A DNA stretch of 32,816 nt from contig JBFHFW010000001.1 in assembly GCA_041583395.1 (NCBI GenBank), positions 1 to 32,816 on the forward strand, written 5' to 3'. Source of the DNA: Alphaproteobacteria bacterium (GTDB lineage Bacteria; Pseudomonadota; Alphaproteobacteria; Micavibrionales; Micavibrionaceae). Below the pieces are notes generated by a model. The model was not told where the DNA came from. It was given only the letters and a program-made list of their open reading frames with translations, and ran no database searches. The translations under genes and the position numbers were made by a program. This document shows positions 9,593-18,060 of this stretch, in pieces; the stretch's first letter is position 1, and every line of letters starts with the position of its first letter.

Positions 9593-9677
9593 ACGCTTAT
9601 GCTTTCTTAATTGCACGACTTGGGACACAGATCCGTGAATAACATACCAAAACCAGCCAAGTCGCAACAAGAAAATC
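9593..9677. promoter_or_regulatory. 85-bp divergent intergenic region that should carry promoters for both methyltransferase-led operons
   Basis: It is the only non-coding DNA between the divergent units 9592-4667 (-) and 9678-16693 (+). No confident -35/-10 hexamers were called. Confidence 0.35.
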
Positions 9678-10769
9678 ATGACAAAGTTAGAAGCTCTTAA
9701 AGAAAAGTACCAAACCGTCCTTATTCCTTGTGAAATTTGCGGGCGTAATGACATGAAATCCTTCCAAAAACGCGGCCGCACAGCAGAGGCTGGTGTCTAT
9801 GGTGATATGCCCATCACAATTTGCACAGATTGCGGTTTTAAAATGCAAAATCCACGCTTTGAGGATGCTTTTTATATCGATTATTACGACGCCATGTATC
9901 GCGCGGTTGCTTTTGGTGCGGAGAAGCCTTCTGACGAATATATCGCACAGCAAAAAGAGCGCGGGCGCAGGGTTCTGGAATTTCTTAAGCGCCATGAACC
10001 TCAAACCAAGGCTGGTAAGATGCTGGATCATGGCTGTGCTTCGGGTGCAACAATGCTTGGCTGGCAAGATGATGGTTGGGACGTTTACGGGATCGACCCG
10101 CATCGCCCGAGTGTCGAGGAAGCCAAGTTGATGGGGCTGGATGTCCGCGTTGGGGCAGGTGAAGATTTGCCTTTTGAAGATAACATGTTTGATTTAATCC
10201 TCAGCTTGGGATCGACCGAGCATTCATATAATCTGGAGCGCACCATGCGGGAAATGAACCGCGTTTTAAAAGAGGGCGGAAAGCTGGTGATCCGTTGGCG
10301 CTCCAATGATATTTTTGGCTCTCCGTTAGAGTATTATAATCACAACCATTACCGCTTTTTCACGCGCAATAGCTGGATTTTGTGCTTGAAGCGCTATGGG
10401 TTTGCTGTCGATGTGATGAGCGATGAACGTGTTGAAGGTTGGGACAGCTACGAATATATCATTGCCACCAAAAAGGGGCAGGGTATTGATGACCTATCTG
10501 AACTTTTGAAGGGCGAGAATGTTGATAATGCCGAAGATGAACTTGAACAAATCCGGACTATTCGTGACAAATATTATGAGCGCTGCAAGCGCTTCGTCGC
10601 ATTACATGGACAATACCATGACAAACCCGAAGATCTTATTACACATTTACGGACAAATCCGGACTTAAAATGGGGTTGGCTTGGCGGCAAGGCCAAAGAC
10701 GTGGTCGCCAGATCTCTAAAAGAAGCCCAGCTCTATATCACGGAATATGAAGAGGGGCGCGTTCAGTAA
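9678..10769 (+). CDS. Class I SAM-dependent methyltransferase with N-terminal Zn-ribbon
   Basis: CEICGR...CTDCGF ribbon, motif I MLDHGCASGAT, then FDLILSLGSTEH and LKEGGKLVIRW. Confidence 0.75.
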   Translation: MTKLEALKEKYQTVLIPCEICGRNDMKSFQKRGRTAEAGVYGDMPITICTDCGFKMQNPRFEDAFYIDYYDAMYRAVAFGAEKPSDEYIAQQKERGRRVLEFLKRHEPQTKAGKMLDHGCASGATMLGWQDDGWDVYGIDPHRPSVEEAKLMGLDVRVGAGEDLPFEDNMFDLILSLGSTEHSYNLERTMREMNRVLKEGGKLVIRWRSNDIFGSPLEYYNHNHYRFFTRNSWILCLKRYGFAVDVMSDERVEGWDSYEYIIATKKGQGIDDLSELLKGENVDNAEDELEQIRTIRDKYYERCKRFVALHGQYHDKPEDLITHLRTNPDLKWGWLGGKAKDVVARSLKEAQLYITEYEEGRVQ

Positions 10770-10774
10770 ACTTC

Positions 10775-11734
10775 ATGAGCACTCAAAAACCAATATGTGT
10801 ACTCACTGAAACAGATTGGATTCCCGATGATGCCATTGCCCGTCTGGAAACAGTATTTGATGTCCGGAAAGGTCCATTTAACCGCGAAGAGCTTGTGACC
10901 GCTATGCAAGATGCCGTAGGTTGTTTTGTCGGGCTCGATCATATGATTGACCAAGAGATGTTTGGCGCAGACTTACGTTTTATTGCCAGCCCGACGACAG
11001 GCTTAAACCATATTGATCTGGATTATGCTGAAAAAAGAAACGTTGAAATTGTCTCCTTAAAAGGTGAGGTCGCCTTTCTTGAGAAAATTACTGCAACGGC
11101 TGAATTATGCTGGGGGCTGATTATATCTTTGTTGCGGCACATCCCCGAGGCAGCAAGCTCGGTCAATGCAGGGGAGTGGGATCGTGACCGTTTCCGCGGC
11201 ACGGAATTACAAGATGCCACATTGGGCATCATCGGATATGGGCGCTTGGGTCGTAAAATCGCACAATATGCAAAAGTATTTGATATGAACGTTCTGGCCA
11301 ATTCTCCACAAAATATTGAGGATGAAGGGATTGAGGCGTGTGATTTGCAAAACCTCTTGGAACGTTCGGATATTGTTACGCTTCAGGCCAATTCTTGCCC
11401 GGATAATTATCATATGATCGGCGGTGACGAATTTGCCTGCATGCAAAAGAGCGCGTTTTTCATTAATACCGCCCGCGGTGATCTGGTGGATGAAACTGCA
11501 CTACTTAAGGCATTGGAGAATAAAGACATTGCGGGTGCGGCATTGGATGTGATCGAGGAAGAATTTAATGACAATCATTCTTCCCAAAATTTAATCGCTT
11601 ATGCTAAAAACAACCATAACCTTATAATTACGCCGCATATTGGTGGTGCAACTTATGAGTCACAATATAAAACAACGCATTTCGTTATAAATAAACTTTT
11701 GGATTGGTGGGAAAATGACGGATCAAAAAATTGA
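10775..11734 (+). CDS. D-isomer-specific 2-hydroxyacid dehydrogenase family (phosphoglycerate/glycerate dehydrogenase-like)
   Basis: NAD motif LGIIGYGRLGRKIA, then FINTARGDLVDETAL and ITPHIGGAT (catalytic His). Confidence 0.8.
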   Translation: MSTQKPICVLTETDWIPDDAIARLETVFDVRKGPFNREELVTAMQDAVGCFVGLDHMIDQEMFGADLRFIASPTTGLNHIDLDYAEKRNVEIVSLKGEVAFLEKITATAELCWGLIISLLRHIPEAASSVNAGEWDRDRFRGTELQDATLGIIGYGRLGRKIAQYAKVFDMNVLANSPQNIEDEGIEACDLQNLLERSDIVTLQANSCPDNYHMIGGDEFACMQKSAFFINTARGDLVDETALLKALENKDIAGAALDVIEEEFNDNHSSQNLIAYAKNNHNLIITPHIGGATYESQYKTTHFVINKLLDWWENDGSKN

Positions 11735-12449
11735 TGCTCCTTTTGTTTTGGGCATGATTAATGCCCGCGGAGGCTCTAAGGGTGTGCCGCGCAAAAATAT
11801 CCGGATGCTGGGTGATAAGCCTTTGATCGCATGGAGCATCGATGTGGCAAAGCAGGTTCCGGCCATTTCACGCTGCATTATTTCGACCGAAGACCAAGAG
11901 ATTGCCGATGTTGCACGAGAGTACGGGGGCGATATTCCCTTTATGCGTCCGGCAGAATTGGCAACTGATACCTCCATCCAACTGGATACGATCATTTACA
12001 ACACAAAGAAAATGGAAGAAATGCTTGGTCATCACGTTGACGCCGTTGTTTTGATGCAACCCACGCAGCCTTTTAGAACGCCTGAAGATGTTGTCGGATG
12101 TATTGATCTTCTCTTTAAAACAAATGCGGATAGCGTCATTACAATTGCCCCGAATAAGCACCATCCTTTCGGCCTGTGGCAGGACAAGGAAAACGGGCAG
12201 GGGCTTCGCATGTTTTTGGAAGAGGGACAAGCCCAGCAAAAAGGCTTTAACCGACAGGCCATGCCTGATCTTTATATGCGCACAGGCGCAGTTTACGTCA
12301 TTAGACGCGATGTTTTGGTTGATCAGGGATCTCTATATGGTGATCACGTCGAGGGCTATGTGGTCGATCATGCGCGGTCATGGATTAATATTGATGATGA
12401 ACACGACTTTAAAATGGCTGAAGCCTGGGCTGCGTATCAAGCTTCATGA
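11715..12449 (+). CDS. Acylneuraminate cytidylyltransferase family (CMP-nonulosonate synthetase), paralogue 1
   Basis: P-loop-like INARGGSKGVPRKNIRMLGDKPLIAWSI, then LMQPTQPFR. It overlaps the upstream gene by 20 nt. Confidence 0.8.
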   Translation: MTDQKIDAPFVLGMINARGGSKGVPRKNIRMLGDKPLIAWSIDVAKQVPAISRCIISTEDQEIADVAREYGGDIPFMRPAELATDTSIQLDTIIYNTKKMEEMLGHHVDAVVLMQPTQPFRTPEDVVGCIDLLFKTNADSVITIAPNKHHPFGLWQDKENGQGLRMFLEEGQAQQKGFNRQAMPDLYMRTGAVYVIRRDVLVDQGSLYGDHVEGYVVDHARSWINIDDEHDFKMAEAWAAYQAS

Positions 12450-13690
12450 ATGGAATTGTTTCTCAAATACGGTATTTACGCGATCGCATCAAACACCCTG
12501 TGATGCGTTTGGGGCGTTCACAATATAGGGTTAATACGCCCTATATTTCTTTGGGCTCGCCGGAATATCATACATTCGTCGGGTATTACGATATCCAGCC
12601 CTTTGATCCAAGCGGGACAAAGCTTTTGGCGGGGCGATGCCCGTCTTCTCATAACGGCAGAGCCATGGATACGCCGCTTGAGATCGGATATTTTGATCTT
12701 AAGACGCAAGTATTCACAAGCATTGGCACAACGCAGCTCTGGTGTTGGCAGATGGGGTGCCGTCTGCAATGGGTGAATTGGGAAGGGCAAGAGCTCATCC
12801 TTTATAACGATATCGATTCAAATGCGCCCCGAACGATCCTGTTTAATCCCGAGAACAACCAAATCCGCACTACATTTCCGCTGCCCACATACTGTATCAG
12901 TCCCGATGCGCGTTTTATCATCAGTCTGGATTTCAACAATCTTGAGCAGTGCCGTGGCGGATATGGCTATGACTGGCAGCAACAAACAGATCGCCAAACG
13001 GATGCTACGCTTGTTCTTTATGATACAACGACGAAAGAGCAAAAAACCCTCTTGAGTACACAGCAATTGCGAACAGTTAATCCTCATCCTTCGATGGGGG
13101 AAGAGGGCGTGTTTCACTATTTCAACCACATCCATTTTAACCCCTCGGGCACACGCATTTTGTGTTTTCACATCTGGAATACGCCCAAGAAGCGCCATGT
13201 GCGCGCCATTACTATGAATGTAGATGGGAGCGATATCCGCGATGTCACCAAAGGCGATCATGTATCACACTATTGGTGGCTGAATGATCAGGAAATCCTG
13301 TTATATGGCACTGATCCAAAAGAAGGGCAGGGCTACCATGTCTATGATCAAAGCGGGCGGCATATAAAAAAACTGGATAAGCATATACCGCGCCTTGATG
13401 GGCATCCACATGCACGCGCGCCGCAATGGTTTGTGAGTGATAATGTTGTCAATAAACGGTTTGAGCGGGATTTATGGCTGTATGATATCGGCACCCAAGC
13501 CCGCATCGACCTTGCCGCTTTTTACAGCCCACCACAATTCTCGGGAGAGATACGCTGTGACTTGCATCCGCGCCTTTCACGGGACGGGCAAAAGGTTGCC
13601 GTTGATAGCGCGCATGCCGGTTACCGCCAGATTATTGTCTTAGATATCCAGACATCTTTGCAGGAGCTTCAGTCGCATCATGTCCACTAA
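12446..13690 (+). CDS. Hypothetical protein, possibly beta-propeller (TolB/oligogalacturonate-lyase-like)
   Basis: 414-aa ORF with ATGA overlap upstream and an 11-nt overlap downstream. It shows repetitive strand-like segments rich in W/Y/D/G. No catalytic motif was recognised. Confidence 0.5.
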   Translation: MNGIVSQIRYLRDRIKHPVMRLGRSQYRVNTPYISLGSPEYHTFVGYYDIQPFDPSGTKLLAGRCPSSHNGRAMDTPLEIGYFDLKTQVFTSIGTTQLWCWQMGCRLQWVNWEGQELILYNDIDSNAPRTILFNPENNQIRTTFPLPTYCISPDARFIISLDFNNLEQCRGGYGYDWQQQTDRQTDATLVLYDTTTKEQKTLLSTQQLRTVNPHPSMGEEGVFHYFNHIHFNPSGTRILCFHIWNTPKKRHVRAITMNVDGSDIRDVTKGDHVSHYWWLNDQEILLYGTDPKEGQGYHVYDQSGRHIKKLDKHIPRLDGHPHARAPQWFVSDNVVNKRFERDLWLYDIGTQARIDLAAFYSPPQFSGEIRCDLHPRLSRDGQKVAVDSAHAGYRQIIVLDIQTSLQELQSHHVH

Positions 13691-15263
13691 AAACACACCA
13701 CCATTGCGCATCATAGGCCTGACCCAAGGGGCGAATATTGATATCTTTTTATCCTGTATCCAGCAAATCAAGGATATGGGGCAAGCGGTTGATAAAGTCG
13801 GTGCCGTGGTTTCTTTGGCGGCACATTACCGTTCTTCAAAAACCGTAAAAGACCTCGGGCAAGACATCCCCACGATCAAAGAGTGGGAGATTGTTCAGCA
13901 AGCCCTTGATGCTGCCGAAACACAGGATTTATCCGCCCTTCGCAAGGTCGAGGACAAACTCTCCGCGGCAAGCATCTGGAAAGCTATTATTGGTGACCGG
14001 CGCTTGATTTATGGGCGGCGCGCTAAATTTACGCAAGATTACCGCGTTCATTTTACCGATCAGCAGCTCTGGAGTATTGCCGGACATTTTATACAGGCTT
14101 TTGAGGACATGCTGGACGATATAAAGCCCGATGTGATTTTGGGCTTTACGCCCGTGACGTTCGGAGAACTATTGGCACTCGAGATTGCACATAGCCGCGG
14201 CATTCCGACGCTTCAGCTTCATTCTTCGCGGATTAAAAACTACTTTGCGCTTCACGATACTGTTTACGGGACGTCCAGGCACTTTCATAAGCTTATGGAG
14301 AAGGGCGGTTTTAAAGATGAAACCACCCAAATTGCTAAGAGCATTATTGATGAAACTTGTAAAAAAGGGCTGATTTATGAGGGCGCGAATAAGTCTATCG
14401 CACAAGGGCGGCGCTTTGATTTTGTAAAGATCGTTAAAACCGCACCAAAGGTTTTTGTAAAAGAGATCCTTAAGGCGCTCGATCCGGTTACAAGGCACGA
14501 TCATCATGATCCGGGTCATATTATACCGTGGCTTTACGTGCAGATTTTACAGCCGCTTAAAGAGCGCATCATTAAGGCACGGCTTGGAAATCATAAGCGC
14601 GTCATTCAATCGGATAAACTTGATAGATTCGGCGCTTATTGCTTTTTCCCGCTGCAAAGCGAGCCGGAGGTTTCTATTCAGGTTATGGGACGCCCTTATC
14701 ACAAAAACCAGATCGAGCTTTTGCGCAATCTGGCGGCTAGTCTTCCAGCCGGTATGAAGCTCCTTGTGAAAGAGCATCCGCGTTCCTTGGGGCTGCGGCC
14801 GTTTTCTTATTATAAAGAGCTCTTTAATATCCCTAACCTCTATATTGCCGATTTACATGCGCCCTCCATGCCGATGGTTAATCAATCGGAATTCGTTGCC
14901 GTGATTAGCGGTACTATAGGTCTTGAGGCGATTATGGCAGAAAAGCCTGTTCTTATCTTGGGGCACCCTAAGTACGAAGATATGCCGGGGCAGATGACGC
15001 AAAAATGCTATAATTTATTCGAGCTGCCCGATGCTATCCGGAATTTATTAAAAACGTACCGTTATGATCGGAATGAAATTGTTACTTTCCTGAGCGCCCT
15101 AATTGAAGGATCGGTTGCGATTGATCTTTATTCAAGTTTGCTGCTTAAGCCGGGGCGGCACTCATTCCAAGGTGATGAGGTTAGCAGTGATGATAATATT
15201 CGATCTTTGGCTGATTATATTTTAAAGCGCGTAGATGAGGTTAAAAACGAACATGGCGGATAA
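13680..15263 (+). CDS. Capsule polysaccharide biosynthesis protein (Capsule_synth, KpsS/KpsC/LipB-type)
   Basis: CFFPLQSEPEVSIQVMGRPYHKNQIELLRNLA...LLVKEHPRS matches my recollection of the PF05159 core. Confidence 0.65.
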   Translation: MSTKNTPPLRIIGLTQGANIDIFLSCIQQIKDMGQAVDKVGAVVSLAAHYRSSKTVKDLGQDIPTIKEWEIVQQALDAAETQDLSALRKVEDKLSAASIWKAIIGDRRLIYGRRAKFTQDYRVHFTDQQLWSIAGHFIQAFEDMLDDIKPDVILGFTPVTFGELLALEIAHSRGIPTLQLHSSRIKNYFALHDTVYGTSRHFHKLMEKGGFKDETTQIAKSIIDETCKKGLIYEGANKSIAQGRRFDFVKIVKTAPKVFVKEILKALDPVTRHDHHDPGHIIPWLYVQILQPLKERIIKARLGNHKRVIQSDKLDRFGAYCFFPLQSEPEVSIQVMGRPYHKNQIELLRNLAASLPAGMKLLVKEHPRSLGLRPFSYYKELFNIPNLYIADLHAPSMPMVNQSEFVAVISGTIGLEAIMAEKPVLILGHPKYEDMPGQMTQKCYNLFELPDAIRNLLKTYRYDRNEIVTFLSALIEGSVAIDLYSSLLLKPGRHSFQGDEVSSDDNIRSLADYILKRVDEVKNEHGG

Positions 15264-15978
15264 TAATTTTTCAGTTTTGGGATTAATTTGCGCACGTGGA
15301 GGCTCAAAAGGTGTTCCCGGCAAAAATATCAAAGATTTATGCGGGAAACCACTGATTGCATGGAGCATTGATACGGCCCTGGAATGTCCGGAAATATCAG
15401 ATGTTGTTGTCTCCACGGATGATCCGGATATTGCCGCGGTGGCAAAGGAATATAACGCATCTGTTCCTTTTTTACGTCCCGCGCATTTGGCACAAGATCA
15501 AAGCAAGCAAATTGACGCCATTGCGCATGCGCTTACTTTTCTGCAAGAGCAAGGAAAGACCTATGACGCCGTTGCCTTGTTACAACCGACCTCTCCGCTT
15601 CGGTTATCCGAGGACGTATCCGGAGCGCTTGCACTTTTGCAAAGCACACAATCAGATAGTGTGATCACTGTCACGCAAGAAGACGGCGTAACGCTTTCAA
15701 CATATTATGATTTAGACGAGCAACACCATGCCATGCCTAAATTTCCTGCGCCCAAAGAAGGCACTAACCGACAGGATTATGCCCCTATCTACCGCAGATG
15801 TGGTGTGCTCTATATTTTCCGCCCTGATAATATTTTAAAACAAAACTCTTTGTATGGAGAGCGAACAAGTGCTTATATAGTGCCCAAAGAACGTGCATTT
15901 GATATTGACTCACCCTTTGATTGGGCGTTAACAGAATATCTTATGCAACAACGTCTAAAACAAGAGAGACAAGGATAG
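15253..15978 (+). CDS. Acylneuraminate cytidylyltransferase family (CMP-sugar synthetase), paralogue 2
   Basis: ICARGGSKGVPGKNIKDLCGKPLIAWSI and LLQPTSPLR. ATG15253 is preferred because GAGGT lies 11 nt upstream. ATG15235, the track start, is possible. Confidence 0.8.
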   Translation: MADNNFSVLGLICARGGSKGVPGKNIKDLCGKPLIAWSIDTALECPEISDVVVSTDDPDIAAVAKEYNASVPFLRPAHLAQDQSKQIDAIAHALTFLQEQGKTYDAVALLQPTSPLRLSEDVSGALALLQSTQSDSVITVTQEDGVTLSTYYDLDEQHHAMPKFPAPKEGTNRQDYAPIYRRCGVLYIFRPDNILKQNSLYGERTSAYIVPKERAFDIDSPFDWALTEYLMQQRLKQERQG

Positions 15979-15982
15979 CCTT

Positions 15983-16693
15983 ATGAAAGTTGATAATGCC
16001 ATAGAAACCAAACGCGCCGACTGGAATTTTGGGGGCAAAGTTGCCGATAATTTTGTCAGCCATGTGAGCAAATCCGTTCCCGGCTATGAAGAAGGGCATA
16101 AAATTGTTTGTGGCCTGAGTGATTTCTTTTGCTTGAAAGACAGCACAGCCTACGAGATTGGTACCTCAACGGGTGAGCTTCTGCGTAAATTAGCTTCATA
16201 TAACGATCATAAGCCTGATATCCGCTGGATTGGTATTGATACAGAAGAGCCCATGGTGAAAAAGGCTCAAGAGCATTGCAAAGACATTCCCAACATTGAA
16301 ATACTCCAAGATGATGTGCGTTTGTTCCCGTATGAAAAGGCTGATTTCATCGTGAGTTACTATGTGATCCAATTTATTCCGCCGCGTGACCGGCAAGAGC
16401 TGATCAATAAGATTTATGAGTCTCTTAACTGGGGCGGGGCGTTTGTCTGGTTCGAGAAAGTCCGCGGTCCTGACGCCAGATTTCAGGATATCATGACGAA
16501 TATGTATCATAATTTTAAGCTAGAAAATGGATTTGATGCTGAGGAAATTATGAACAAATCCAATAGCCTTAAAGGTGTTATGGAGCCATTCTCCAGCGAA
16601 GGCAACAGAGGCCTTTTAGAGCGCGCGGGCTTCAAGGACGTTATGCCGATTTACCGCAATATCTGCTTTGAAGGGCTGGTGTGTATTAAATAA
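15983..16693 (+). CDS. CmoA-family (carboxy-SAM synthase-like) class I methyltransferase
   Basis: Full-length collinear similarity, by eye, to E. coli CmoA as I recall it: ADWNFGGKVADNF...SKSVPGYEE versus GDWTFDERVAEVF...QRSVPGYSN, and IQFIPPRDRQELINKIYESLNWGGAF versus [26 protein letters not shown]. Confidence 0.7.
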   Translation: MKVDNAIETKRADWNFGGKVADNFVSHVSKSVPGYEEGHKIVCGLSDFFCLKDSTAYEIGTSTGELLRKLASYNDHKPDIRWIGIDTEEPMVKKAQEHCKDIPNIEILQDDVRLFPYEKADFIVSYYVIQFIPPRDRQELINKIYESLNWGGAFVWFEKVRGPDARFQDIMTNMYHNFKLENGFDAEEIMNKSNSLKGVMEPFSSEGNRGLLERAGFKDVMPIYRNICFEGLVCIK

Positions 16694-16695
16694 GG

Positions 16696-18060
16696 TTATT
16701 TCTTTGGCGATATCATGTGCCACTCATGATGCCAAGGATGCACCTTGAAATCCGAATATCCGTATTTTTGTAGTAAGTCTGTAATTTCTTCTTCCGAGAC
16801 GCCGGGGTACTTTTGCTGCGCGTAGCCAACTCTGGCCTCTTTGAGCTTCTCGTTTTTCTTGAACAGGTTAATGATCGCTTGCTTAAAAGCACTGAGATTG
16901 GTGCGGAAGGCATCATAAAGGCGCCATAAAAGCATCTTGTAGTGAAATGGCTCGAACGGAGTCTTTTGAATGTGATCGAAAATGATTGCGCTTGATTCAC
17001 TCTTTTCAATACCCGCAATGTGAGAAGAGAGGCTTTTCCGCGCTTCTAGCGATGTTTTTTCTCTTATGTCTTCACTTAATCTGGGTAACTCTTTCAATGC
17101 TGCGATCATGCTGTCCGCATCATAAAAACGTTGGCTGACACTATTGGGAAGCGCCGCGTCGTAAATATTATCTCCGGCGGGCAAATACGCAAAAGAGGGG
17201 AGGCCTGTTAGACTGGCCTCGATAGCTGTGGTGCAGCTATTGTGTACCAGAGAATCTGCTTTCAAGAACCAGTCTGCAGCTGCGCCCTCATAAAAGCTTT
17301 CGCAGTTATCATACTTATCAGCCAAATCTTTCCAAAAGCCATGATTTTCCGAAGGATGGGGGCGAATAATAATGCGGTAGTCGGGAAAGGCCTGGGCGAT
17401 TTTCTCAGTTAAAGCGGCAAAAGCCAAAAACATGTCGCGGGCGTGATCCAGCCAGCCTTCAATATGGCGGCCTGTTTCGCTTTCTCTCGGGATTCCGAAT
17501 TTCTTGAAGACATTTCCTTTTGCTTTTTCTGGAGAAATATAAAAGGGGTTCACAATGGAAAAACGGGAGTTGATTAAAATTGTGGTCGGGCGTTTCTCAT
17601 CTTTGACTAGATCCCCTGTCCATTTGGGATGCAAAATATCCAAACGCGGATTTCCCGAAGCAATGAATTTATCTGCAACTTCCGGATAAGTTTTTTGCAG
17701 AGATTCTACGTCCCCTGTGCCTCTACAAAAGAAGGCCTCTGTCAGTGCCACCGTTTGTGGAGAAACGCGCAACTGCGCATAAATCGCGTCGGTTAAAGTA
17801 ACCAGACTTTCTTCATCCCATGAGAAAATTTTAAAGCCCATTTTTCTGGCTTTTGCAAAAAAACGCTGGCTACGGGGCTGGGCATCATTTTCAATGATAA
17901 TGCCGCGGGGAAATTTATATAAAGCGCGGTGCAAGGTCTTACTGCGCCCGATAATCACGTCATAGCCATTTTGTACGGCCAAGCCTGCTAAAAACAAACG
18001 CGCAGGAAACTCACGCGCTTTAATCTCAAGTGGAAATAATAAAAGCGGTTTCTTACTCAT
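16696..18060 (-). CDS. Uncharacterised surface-carbohydrate biosynthesis protein (resembles the TIGR04396-type family seen in nonulosonate loci); GT-B-like
   Basis: 454-aa ORF with ATGA overlap to the upstream AsnB-like gene. The N-terminus LLLFPLEIKAREFPARLFLAGLAV is as I recall for that family. The assignment was not verified. Confidence 0.45.
   Translation of the reverse strand: MSKKPLLLFPLEIKAREFPARLFLAGLAVQNGYDVIIGRSKTLHRALYKFPRGIIIENDAQPRSQRFFAKARKMGFKIFSWDEESLVTLTDAIYAQLRVSPQTVALTEAFFCRGTGDVESLQKTYPEVADKFIASGNPRLDILHPKWTGDLVKDEKRPTTILINSRFSIVNPFYISPEKAKGNVFKKFGIPRESETGRHIEGWLDHARDMFLAFAALTEKIAQAFPDYRIIIRPHPSENHGFWKDLADKYDNCESFYEGAAADWFLKADSLVHNSCTTAIEASLTGLPSFAYLPAGDNIYDAALPNSVSQRFYDADSMIAALKELPRLSEDIREKTSLEARKSLSSHIAGIEKSESSAIIFDHIQKTPFEPFHYKMLLWRLYDAFRTNLSAFKQAIINLFKKNEKLKEARVGYAQQKYPGVSEEEITDLLQKYGYSDFKVHPWHHEWHMISPKK

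Noticed and set aside
8507-9781. Long N-terminal extensions of track ORFs (8507-9781, 19851-21008, 25997-27733, 2260-3597, 15235-15978)
   Set aside because: The extensions overlap divergent or upstream genes, use non-ATG starts or lack an RBS. Internal ATGs with better context (9592, 20942, 27688, 2317, 15253) give family-typical N-termini. The start calls remain uncertain by a few codons.
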